From an uncultured Acidobacteriota bacterium (GTDB lineage: Bacteria > Acidobacteriota > Thermoanaerobaculia > Multivoradales > JAHEKO01), in assembly GCA_963713825.1 (NCBI GenBank), contig CAVQNG010000018.1:1-28941 (forward strand): a DNA stretch of 28,941 nucleotides, given 5' to 3'. Shown piece by piece: positions 1 to 9,304 of this stretch (positions are counted from its first letter, which is position 1; the number at the start of each line of letters is the position of its first letter). The notes under the pieces were generated by a model. It made no database searches. It was not told where the DNA came from and saw nothing but the letters and a program-made list of their open reading frames with translations. The position numbers and the translations under genes were made by a program.

Positions 1-66
1 CGGTCGTTACCCGAGCAAGGGAGTGAGAAAGAAGATCGCTGGGGTCAACCGGTTGTTTGTGATGTG

Positions 67-3000
67 CTACTGAGAGTTGAGAGGAGCGCGGCTAGTGTCA
101 AGGTCCAGAGCTTGTTCCCAGACAATCTGAGCATCTTCTGGGAAGTTACGACCCAGCCGGACTGCCATTGGCGAACTTTCGCCTCCTATCATCAGCTCCT
201 GTCGAGCTGGGTCCCACATCCAATCTATCCTTCCACTCCCGAGAAGCAATCCCTGGACGGACATCCTGGTGGCTAGCCAGTCCTTCGGGATACCCGCGCC
301 GATGATCACAGTCGAGCCGGTTGCCTGAAAGTCCTCAAAGGCGAGCATTTCCATTTGCAGAAGGGCCATCTCGGCGGCTGTCCAGTAATGGGGGGTGATG
401 TGCTGAGGCGAGGTCCAACCGCGAACACTCCGCCACCCGGGAAAGGAGTTACCTTCGCCCGCTCCCTCCCACCAGGAATAAAGGCCTGGTGACGTCTGAT
501 TGGCCCAAAACCAGTCCAGCGTAGACCAGGTCCACTCGGGCTCTTCGAGACGCAGCCACTGATGTGCCTCGGCGACGTCGAAGTAGGTCCAGAGAGGCCG
601 AGCCTTGAAACCGCCATCGAGGTCCCTCCGTTCGGAGCGGCGTTCTTCCAGTAGATCCCGATAGTATCGCGGGTTTGCTGTGCTGATTCCGGTCGGCCAC
701 AGCCCAGAAATCGCCGTCCTGGGATTGTCCCGGTCCGGATGGGTTCTCAACTCGCGGAGCCAGGATTTCTTGATGTCCCCGGCAGTTGCCCTCCACAAAG
801 CCGCCTCTTCAGACCTTCCGATTCGAGTCGCAATGGCAGCTGCCTTGACCAGGCCCATATAGCTGACAGAGTTGACAAAGAACAGCTGAAATCCATGGTC
901 CATCTTGCCGACGATTAGACCATCCTGTGCTCTTTCAGCCACCAGAGTGAGTTCGGTCCATGATTTGTCAGCATGAATAGGAACGACCGGTCCTCGAAAG
1001 TCCTTGTGCAAGCTCTCGGTGGCATCCAGCATTTCGAGAATCAGCTCAGCCTTGCGCAGGACGTGAGGCCAGATCTCTTCATCAAAGCCCCGGTCGGCCA
1101 ATCGGATGGAGACCTCTTCGAGCGCCCAGATCGCTAGGCCTGGCGAGTCTGCCTCGGCGCCAAAGCCGCCGAAGAAGTCCTGGGTGGCAAAGTCCTCGAC
1201 GAGCTTCCTGGCCAGTGCCAGCTCTCCACTCCGGGCCATGGCTACCACGACATAGGCCCCGTCCCTCAGCCAGGCAAGCGGATAACTCGTTGGGTCTCCT
1301 GGGCGCGTCTCGGCGTCGACAAGTCCCATCTTGAGATGGAGTAGTTGTGCTTCCAGACTCTCCACAAATCGCTGATCTGGTAGATCCAGGGCTAGAGAGG
1401 GCAGGAAGCCGAACTCCGAGGCTGAAGAGTCATCGGTGCTGATGCCACTGGTCAGGCGAAGAGCCACGGCGGTATCGGCCGGAAACTCGAATCGGGCGAA
1501 TCCCCAACCGTCTTCGCTCAGCCATGGAGGTCCCGCTCTGGTTCCCAGCGGCCAGCCTTCGTCAGATTCCCCTCCAGTGAAAACCTGCCTGGGCTGCGGA
1601 TCGACCTCGATGTTCCAGCTGCTGTTGACCAGCAGATTGCCATCTTGCCAATCCAGCGATTCAACTGGCCCTCCAGCTGGACCGACGCTTCGAACAACGA
1701 TCACTGGATATAGCTCTGAGAGCGCCTCCCCCTTGAACTGGAGTTCCCAGGAGTCGATCCCCTGGCAGGACCATTTCGCCTGATAGTAGGGTGTGGTTGT
1801 AAGAACTGAGACAGTGGAATCTCCTTCCACGAGAAAGCTCTGACGGATATCAGCGAGCGGGATAGTGTCACTGGTTTCGACGACTTCATTCTCGGAGTTC
1901 ATCAGCCAGATGGAGATGCCGAAAGTGCTGACGCCCGGACTGAAGCCGCCGCCTGGCTCATGGTAGGCCTTCTGATTAGCAGCGCTGCCCGGTACTGCTA
2001 ACACTACATGTCCCTCTCCTCGTGGCCATGGATCGGATGGCCGGAGTCGCTTGGCAGCGATGACCTTCTGTCGCTCACTGCCGTGGGTGGAAAGGTAGTC
2101 TGTAGCAACGCGGAATTGCTGAAAGTTGTTTACGCATGCGAGGGCCGTCAATCCCACCGCCATGACGAGTATCAGCGGCCGGAATCGAGTGCGAGCGCCG
2201 AAGCTGGCGACCAGCACGAGAAGAGGAAGCCAATGAAGAGAATAGAGAAAGGTCTCTTCTCCGTAGAACGAGTGCAGTAGCAATTGCCCTGCGAGAGTGA
2301 CTCCCAGCACGGTTCGGTGCCGCCGGCCGTCTCGGAGTTGAAGGCCCGCCAGGATCCCGGCAGCTACTAGCCCCACCCACAGGACAACTGGAATGAAACC
2401 CCATGTCGTCCCTGTGCCTGGAAGTGAGTCTTGGATCGACATTAGAGACCACTCGGGGTGGGTGGACTGGTCCAAGAACCTGATTTCGGGCATGACCATC
2501 GAGTGGAGTAGGAAGGCCTGTATCTTTTCCCACATGAAGCCGCTGCTCTCCTTGACCAGGTACTTGGCCTCCTCCCTGTCGCCGAGGAAGAAACGTGCAG
2601 ATGGGAACCAGACTTTCTGAACTGTCCAGAGCAAGGTGGTGACCAACAATGCATCCAGGGTGACTCTGATCGTTCGGCGGAGTGAGAGGTTTGTGAAGCT
2701 GACAGCGATACCAGCCATCCAATTCGTGATCGTCGCACTGAGCGAGACGATGCTGATGCCGACATAGGAGATACGCGAGAACTCCCGCCGGTCACTAAGC
2801 GCTGCGAACCCCATGACGAGGAGCAAGCTCAGCGATCCCCAAGCGTAGGTCTCTGGAACAGTGGTCCAGAAGAAAGCTGCTGCACTGACGGCGGCCAAGA
2901 CGGTGAAAAGGGCGGCATCCAGGATCCTCAGCTTGGTCAGTCGTAGCACTGCAAATGTAGCCATTAGCCAGAGACCGGCGATCGCCGAGCTCACGATCCG

Positions 3001-3381
3001 GACCGCATCCCACGGAGAGTTGACGAACCTCCTGATCACCCAGACGGGTGGATAGCTCATTAACGAGTAGAGCGGATGGACCTTGACGCGATAGTGATTG
3101 CTCCATCGCGAGATCATGTTTCTGAAGACGCGTGGAATGTCTGCTTCGAACCAGACGTTTCCCGCGTTCCACTCGGTCACCACGGGTTCGATCATCGCGC
3201 TGCCTGCGAATGCCAGCACCAGTCCCAGGAGAAAGAACCCGCCAGCCACCGAGAGATCCATGGGCAGCACTCCCCGGTGGGGTGCGGGGGGATTCCTACC
3301 GACTGTCTTATTTCGGTCGTCTTTGCTGGGAGATTCCATCCGAAGTTCCGTTTTGAGGCTCCTCGGGAGCCTGTTCGTCAA
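67..3381 (-). CDS. Fusion protein: N-terminal polytopic membrane domain (GT-C-like) plus C-terminal six-hairpin (alpha/alpha)6 glycosidase-like domain
   Basis: Intact 1104-aa ORF (TTG start at 3381; alternative ATG at 3339). Residues ~40-420 have many hydrophobic segments. The soluble C-terminal part has YPLAWLRDGAY (1252-1284), like the Y-x-x-x-W-x-R-D motif of GH15-like barrels, and TPHYWTAAEM (367-396) near the end. Confidence 0.7.
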   Translation of the reverse strand: MTNRLPRSLKTELRMESPSKDDRNKTVGRNPPAPHRGVLPMDLSVAGGFFLLGLVLAFAGSAMIEPVVTEWNAGNVWFEADIPRVFRNMISRWSNHYRVKVHPLYSLMSYPPVWVIRRFVNSPWDAVRIVSSAIAGLWLMATFAVLRLTKLRILDAALFTVLAAVSAAAFFWTTVPETYAWGSLSLLLVMGFAALSDRREFSRISYVGISIVSLSATITNWMAGIAVSFTNLSLRRTIRVTLDALLVTTLLWTVQKVWFPSARFFLGDREEAKYLVKESSGFMWEKIQAFLLHSMVMPEIRFLDQSTHPEWSLMSIQDSLPGTGTTWGFIPVVLWVGLVAAGILAGLQLRDGRRHRTVLGVTLAGQLLLHSFYGEETFLYSLHWLPLLVLVASFGARTRFRPLILVMAVGLTALACVNNFQQFRVATDYLSTHGSERQKVIAAKRLRPSDPWPRGEGHVVLAVPGSAANQKAYHEPGGGFSPGVSTFGISIWLMNSENEVVETSDTIPLADIRQSFLVEGDSTVSVLTTTPYYQAKWSCQGIDSWELQFKGEALSELYPVIVVRSVGPAGGPVESLDWQDGNLLVNSSWNIEVDPQPRQVFTGGESDEGWPLGTRAGPPWLSEDGWGFARFEFPADTAVALRLTSGISTDDSSASEFGFLPSLALDLPDQRFVESLEAQLLHLKMGLVDAETRPGDPTSYPLAWLRDGAYVVVAMARSGELALARKLVEDFATQDFFGGFGAEADSPGLAIWALEEVSIRLADRGFDEEIWPHVLRKAELILEMLDATESLHKDFRGPVVPIHADKSWTELTLVAERAQDGLIVGKMDHGFQLFFVNSVSYMGLVKAAAIATRIGRSEEAALWRATAGDIKKSWLRELRTHPDRDNPRTAISGLWPTGISTANPRYYRDLLEERRSERRDLDGGFKARPLWTYFDVAEAHQWLRLEEPEWTWSTLDWFWANQTSPGLYSWWEGAGEGNSFPGWRSVRGWTSPQHITPHYWTAAEMALLQMEMLAFEDFQATGSTVIIGAGIPKDWLATRMSVQGLLLGSGRIDWMWDPARQELMIGGESSPMAVRLGRNFPEDAQIVWEQALDLDTSRAPLNSQ

Positions 3382-3510
3382 ATGCGTCTGGAGATCTGGC
3401 TAGTTTGGCCAGAAAAACGGTTGCCACCAAGACGGTAGGCCACTATCGCCAGGAACACTCTAGGCATCGTCACCAGCATCGTGCCGGCCCGTCTCCTTGC
3501 GGATTATGAT

Positions 3511-3552
3511 AATTCTCGCAGATTTCCGACCTAACCTTCGGGGGATGCCTCA
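3511..3552 (-). mobile_element. Probable IS3-family-like terminal repeat remnant (copy 1 of a 42-bp intergenic repeat)
   Basis: Minus strand reads TGAGGCATCCCCCGAAGGTTAGGTCGGAAATCTGCGAGAATT, 34/42 identical without gaps to 11509-11550. It begins TG...CCCC like IS3-family ends and is followed by CATAAT and AAGGAGA (-10-like and RBS-like). No transposase follows. Confidence 0.45.
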
Positions 3553-3709
3553 CCCCTGGCTTGGTGCTGAAGGGGGAGTCCTTTCGTGGACTAGCAACAG
3601 CCAACGGACTGCCTGCCTTGCCGAGGAGGCTATGGAAATCGTTCTTCATTTGTTGTCGATGGGAGCTCCGAGCCAGGCAGTCGCAGGCCCTGTCTCGATG
3701 CTCCAGCCT

Positions 3710-6390
3710 CTAGCGGATGTAGCCGAGCGCCTCGAGGTCTTGGAGAAGATCCTCTCCGATATGCTCGGCATCTTGGCTCGCTATTCCCAGTTCTTCTTGT
3801 AGGTCCGAACTCTGGATCGAATGATTCTGGAGCATCGATCTCGCTTGAAGTAGCAGTTCGTCGTAGTCTGCCGTCACGGAACGGGTCTCTCCAGGATCCC
3901 TGGAAAGCAGGAAGAGCTCCTCCTCTCCCGTTACACTTTCACGGATGTACTTGACGTGGTCGAAGACCACGGCTTCTTTTTGTGCGTAGTAAAGAGTTCC
4001 CATCGAGAAGACTGGCTGGCTGACATCTGGTGTTCCTGAAGCGCTCTCATCAGTATCTCTGGGAGTGTTCGATTCGAAGACCAGAGGAGCTGATTTGAGG
4101 AGACCCGGCTGAGGCCCGGCGTCTAGCAGCTCTAACATGGTGGCCATCACCTGTTCCGTCGAGACTCTGGCCTCGACCCGACCTCGAGTGCTCGCGTTGC
4201 GAAGCTTGAAGAACAGGGGAACTCTGAGGACCTCTTGATACATCGAGTGTCCATGCTCGAACCCGCCGTGCTCCCAGAACTCCTCGCCATGATCGCTGGT
4301 GAACGCTATCAAACAGCGGTCGTAGACACCGAGCTGCTTCATGGAATCGAGCAATCGGCCTATATTGCGGTCGACGTTGAGTACTTCTGCAATGTAAAGA
4401 CTGTGAATCCAGTCCTTCTCCTCGGGGGTCGGTACCATGTTGCCCAGCCGAATTGCCTCCCAATCCGAGAAGGAACTCCCGATTCTGGCCGGAGCTTCTC
4501 CTGCTGCCACTAAATCTAGCGGGGGCTCATAGGGCAGGTGGGGGTCGAAGAGATGAAGCCACAGGAAGAACTGCTTGTCTTTATTGGACTCGAGCCAACC
4601 TAGGGCATAGTTGGTGAGTTCCTCGGTCGACGCCTGGTTCCCGTACCGCAGAGGTTGGAATCTCGTCAGCAACCAGCTCCCCAAAGTCCTGCCGCTGGAC
4701 CGCGGGAAGAAGTAGTACTCGCCAAACCCCTGGGCAAAACCGAAGTTCTCTCGCAGAAAGCTGTTCTTCCCAATACCAGCCGTTACGTATCCTGCGGTTG
4801 TCAAGTGTTCGGCCAGAGTCTTTGCCTGATCGGGGAGACGCGATCTAACACCAGTGGCCCCATGGGTGCTTGGCGATAGGCCCGTCATGACCGAAGCCAT
4901 GGCAGGTTTTGTCCAGGAGGCAGGGGAAGACGCCTCGGAGAAGACCAAGCTGTCTTCACCAAGAGAGTCGATTGCGGGGGTTTTCTGTGCTTTCGGGTTG
5001 TAGATCGAAAGGGCATCCGTGCGCAAGGTATCGACTGTCAATAGCACCGCACAAGAGGACCCTGGATCGGTTGGGGTGGCGACTGCTGCATTTGGCCTCG
5101 TAGCCAACTGGAGAACGAAGGGCCATGTCAGTATCGCGATAGATGGGATGACGGCTATGAAGGACTGAGCGGTCCGATGCAAGTTTCCAAGCTGCTACGA
5201 GGGTGATTCCAGCTGTCAGGCTGAACAGAACCAGGTATTGCAGCGATTGCTTCGAGCCGATTCCGGGGACCCGGTATATTTCGACCCAGCTGAAGGCGAG
5301 CGCTTCGAGGGCCAACCAGGGAAGGGCGATCAGTAAGGTCTGGCCGAGGCGTTTCGGTTCTTTCAAAGAGGGCCAACGACCAGAAATCAGCAACGTCAGA
5401 CACGGAAGTAAGAAAAGAGGAGCCCAGACCGTGGAGATCATCACTAGACGAGTGGCCGGGGCAGACTCTGAGAGATTCGCTAGATCGAAGATCTGATCGG
5501 AGGTTGGCTGCAAGATCGCCAGCGCGAGAAAGAAGGAGCCAACCAAGACCGCTAGCTTGTTGGGCAACGATCTGAATCTCCTGAGGAGAGGCCAGGCCAG
5601 GAGCCACAAGAAAAGTTGAAGTACCAGTAGCCACAGAAGCGCAACGGCAAGAACCACGGCAAGACGAGGAATAGACTCAAGGTTTGCCCGTCGAATCGAT
5701 AGCGCAACACTTACATTGATCGCGGCCGCTGCGGTCGAGGTGGACAAGGCGACGGTAAATCAGCAGCAAGCCGAGTCTGGTGGAGTGGTTGGTGAGATTC
5801 AAAGACGACATTGGTCTCTCCCAGGGAAGCAGAGGCGATGGAACGACGCGGTTCGGTGGTTGGCAAGCTCGGGCAAGCTAGACCCTCTCTGATCCGGCTG
5901 TGGAAGGCGCATGCGATTAGAGGGGCTAGAACTGTAAGGCCGACAGGTCGCAGGCAGAATTGGAGATTGCAGACGGCGGTATGGCCACCTGGTCAGTCGA
6001 TAGAGGTGGCGGCTGCTAGACAGGATCGCCTCTCAGTGTGGGTCCGGGTAGCACCAGGGCCGCACAGCAGCTGACGGCGGGTCCGAAGACGGCGGCCGAT
6101 ACGGGAGTCGCCAGGTTTCGATTGCTAGCGAATGAGCCTTGCTTTCGTTCTACTGCCCGAGTGAGTACCAGGAGACCATTCAGAAGATAGGACAAGAAGG
6201 CTGCAGCAATCCCAATGGGACTGAAGACAAGAGTCGGGTTCTTGATTGCGTCCGGCTTCTGAAGCAGCAGATCCGCAGAATCGAGGAAACCCAAGCATAG
6301 GCCTGTCGCAACTGCAGCAGTAACGAGGGACCACATGGAATCGGCTCGGAGGGACATGTCTCGGCTAGGTTTATGTCTTTGCATTGCCAT
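3710..6390 (-). CDS. Membrane-anchored sulfatase-like hydrolase/transferase (alkaline phosphatase superfamily), frameshifted
   Basis: Catalytic ORF 3710..5182 has LLTVDTLRTD, SWTKPAMASVMTG, HLFDPHLPY, FTSDHGEEFWEHG, HGHSMYQEVLRVPL and terminal LEALGY. Hydrophobic ORF 4956..5747 joins it by a frameshift near 5180. Hydrophobic ORF 6016..6390 is probably the true N-terminus; that last join is less certain. Confidence 0.8.
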
Positions 6391-6568
6391 TATAGAGAGG
6401 CTCGAAAGAGCGTCTGCCCACCAGTTTACGAAAGCATTGATGATCAGCTCAAGGCTGGAAATTCATCATTCGATGATCTCCTTGACCTGATGCTGCCACC
6501 GTGGGAGGCTTCGTCGGTTGCACGGCATCGCACGGGGACGTACACTTCCTGTCCTTCCTGCGGAACTC

Positions 6569-8104
6569 ATGGATGAAGACCAAGAGCGCACCAAGGCACC
6601 CGAAGATCTGGCCACGAGAGCCCGAAAGGGTGTGGCCGCAAACACGCTGGCGACTGTTGCTAGAAATACCCTGGACATTCTCACCAGCGTCGTTCTGGCT
6701 CGTCTTCTTCTGCCAGAAGAGTTTGGGATGGTGGCGGTGGTTAGCGTGTTCATCGGTCTGTCGTGGGTCATAGGCAACCTGGGAATGGCAGGAGCTGTGA
6801 TCCAGGCCAAGGAGATCACCGAGGTCGATAGCAAGGTCGCATTCACAATCTCTGTCATGGTGGGCGTTGGGTTAACGGCTCTCCTTGTCGTTCTGAGTCC
6901 TTGGGTTGCCAAGTATTTCGGCTTTCCCGTACTCCGGTCTGCGATGCCGGTGATGTCTCTCCAGATGCTCATCGCCGGGGCTCACTCCACGCCTACTGCA
7001 TTGCTCAAGAGAAGGCTCCAATTTGGCAGACTCGCTATTGTCACTCTTTCTGGAGGAGTGGCATTTTCTATAGCGGGGATAGGTCTGGCCACAGCAGGCT
7101 ATGGCCTGTGGAGCTTGGTGTGGGCGCCCGTGACGGGCAACAGTGTCTCCCTCCTGGCTTCAGTGATGCTATCTGGGTTTGTCCCAGGCCTGTCGTTCTC
7201 AAGACCTTCAATGCGCAAGCTTCTGTTCTTTGGTAGTACTCTGACAGCCAAGAACGTGTTCATATACTTGTCCCGCCAAGTCGACAAGTTTCTCGTCCCC
7301 AAGTTTCTGGGAGCCCAATCAGCTGGTCTGTACTCGCGTGCCTTCAACTATTCATCGATTCCAGACGCACGTATGCTCCCGCTCCTTTATGGGGTCTGCT
7401 TCCCGGTTTTTTCGAAGCTTCGCCTCGAGCCGGAGAGGTTCATCGCCTGGTATGAGAAGATTTCGATAGTCGTAGCGGTCGGGATTGCGCCGCTTCTCGT
7501 TGGTCTTTGTGTAACCGCCGAGGATTTCACGCTAGCCCTTTTTGGGCCGAATTGGTCGGGGATGGTTGCGTCCCTTCGAATACTGTCAATCGCAGGTCTA
7601 TTTTCTGCGCTGCATAAGCTAGGAGGAGCAGCAATCGAAGCTTCGGGGAAGCTGAGGGCTGAGATTGTGGTACTCGTTATCTACTCCGCTCTGGTTACAG
7701 TTGGGTGTCTCATAGGAGTTCAGCACAGTATTGAAGCCGTGAGCTGGGCGATCCTGCTCTCCAGTGTCGTTTTGTTCTTTATGAAGGGTGTGGCGCTCAA
7801 GATTGCGATCGGACTGCCCCTGAGGACATACTTTCGGTCGGTGTTGCCGTCGGTTGTGGCGGCGTTGATTATGGCAATCGCTTTGCAGGTTGTCGTTTAC
7901 AGTAGTGAACCCTTGTTGCCGGTAGTCTCTTCGTGGAAGACCTGGTCGCGGCTGGCACTGGCAATCTCTCTCGGTGCCACTGTCTACTTGGCGTCTCTCT
8001 GGATGCTAGGCCGGGAGCACCTCAGACTTGTAGCCAGGGAATCCATCCAACACCTTGCGCCTGCTCTGAAGAGTCTGCGGCCAGGATCGGATAAGGAAGT
8101 CTGA
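6569..8104 (+). CDS. wzx: Polysaccharide repeat-unit flippase (Wzx/PST family, WzxC-like)
   Basis: Intact highly hydrophobic ORF with LARLLLPEEFGMVA, GYGLWSLVW, FGSTL...VDKFLV..FLG...AGLYSRAFN and LFGPNW motifs. Likely ATG start at 6569 (ORF track starts at TTG 6518). Confidence 0.9.
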   Translation: MDEDQERTKAPEDLATRARKGVAANTLATVARNTLDILTSVVLARLLLPEEFGMVAVVSVFIGLSWVIGNLGMAGAVIQAKEITEVDSKVAFTISVMVGVGLTALLVVLSPWVAKYFGFPVLRSAMPVMSLQMLIAGAHSTPTALLKRRLQFGRLAIVTLSGGVAFSIAGIGLATAGYGLWSLVWAPVTGNSVSLLASVMLSGFVPGLSFSRPSMRKLLFFGSTLTAKNVFIYLSRQVDKFLVPKFLGAQSAGLYSRAFNYSSIPDARMLPLLYGVCFPVFSKLRLEPERFIAWYEKISIVVAVGIAPLLVGLCVTAEDFTLALFGPNWSGMVASLRILSIAGLFSALHKLGGAAIEASGKLRAEIVVLVIYSALVTVGCLIGVQHSIEAVSWAILLSSVVLFFMKGVALKIAIGLPLRTYFRSVLPSVVAALIMAIALQVVVYSSEPLLPVVSSWKTWSRLALAISLGATVYLASLWMLGREHLRLVARESIQHLAPALKSLRPGSDKEV

Positions 8105-9264
8105 TGATTCTCGTTATCCAAGGACATCTGCCGTACGAGGAGAGCGACAGAAAGCGACTCTACGAGGAATGGGGACGGAGGGTACCTACCATCTTCGTTC
8201 ACCCGGATCCTTCCAGGTGGTCGCTTGGGGCGCTTGCTGGATTCTCCAAAAAGCTCACTCGAGAAATCCATTCAGTCGGATTGTCGCAGCTGAGGCTACC
8301 CCCTTTAATCCCTGGAAGTCGGTTGCGATTGGTCTCGCAAGTGAATCGATGGCTGTCGATGAGGTATCTCCTCCGTTGGTTGAAGAAGAACACGCCGGAG
8401 AACCTGGTTCTAACCTACCAGTACCCTGTTCTACTGCCTACATTTCGTGGTCTTCCAGCTGATCTGACTGTGTACGACGTCGTCGATGACTACATATCGG
8501 GCCTGGATGGGAAGGGGGTAAGCCGAAGAGTTCGCAGGGCACATTCGAGATTCGTAAAGGGTAGCGATGTTGTCTGGACGCTCTCGGACACCCTCGCTCA
8601 GCAAGTTCGAGGTCTCGGGGCAGAACCAACACTCACAAGACTTGGGGTTGACTGGAGTTTGTTTGAAGAGGCCGGGAAAAGCGGAGCAGCTCCAACTATT
8701 TGCAGGATAGCATCCCCAAGGGTTGGCCTCGTCGGACGCCTGAACGACAGGATCGATTGGGCGTTGATCCTCGAGATTTGTGAGCTCCATCCTGAATGGA
8801 ACTTCGTGTTTATAGGGCCCATCTATGGGGGCAAGGGGAAGACGACGAAGACCCATAAAGTGCTTCTGGAGGAGACGCGGCCGGGCAACTTGCACTACCT
8901 ACCCCCCGTTCGTCCTGAAGAACTTCCACGATTTCTCGCCGGCTTGGACGTGGGATTGATTCCTTACAGACCGGAAGGGGCGGTACTCTCCATCAATCCA
9001 CTGAAGGTCTATCAGTTTCTGGCGACAGGAGTACCCGTGGTGGCGACACCAATTCCATCGCTGCAGAGATTCAAGAAGTACGTTCGGATCTGCTCCACAG
9101 CAGAGGAGTTCTCTCGCGGCATCGGCGAGGCTCTGTCAGAGTCCGATGACGAGATCACTCGTCAGGTACGCAGAGAGAGCGTGAAGCAGTTCGACTGGAC
9201 GAATGTGGCAGACCACCACCTGAAACTCCTGCAAGGCAAGCTCTCTGAGCCCGCGGCCCGTTGA
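8104..9264 (+). CDS. GT4-type glycosyltransferase (TuaH-like)
   Basis: VYDVVDDY, GRLNDRIDW, LDVGLIPY and NPLKVYQFLATGVPVVAT motifs. ATG overlaps the wzx stop (TGATG), suggesting translational coupling. Confidence 0.88.
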   Translation: MILVIQGHLPYEESDRKRLYEEWGRRVPTIFVHPDPSRWSLGALAGFSKKLTREIHSVGLSQLRLPPLIPGSRLRLVSQVNRWLSMRYLLRWLKKNTPENLVLTYQYPVLLPTFRGLPADLTVYDVVDDYISGLDGKGVSRRVRRAHSRFVKGSDVVWTLSDTLAQQVRGLGAEPTLTRLGVDWSLFEEAGKSGAAPTICRIASPRVGLVGRLNDRIDWALILEICELHPEWNFVFIGPIYGGKGKTTKTHKVLLEETRPGNLHYLPPVRPEELPRFLAGLDVGLIPYRPEGAVLSINPLKVYQFLATGVPVVATPIPSLQRFKKYVRICSTAEEFSRGIGEALSESDDEITRQVRRESVKQFDWTNVADHHLKLLQGKLSEPAAR

Positions 9265-9304
9265 GTCGAGGTCGAACGATCCAGGAGGGCCTTGGGGCCC
9301 AGGG

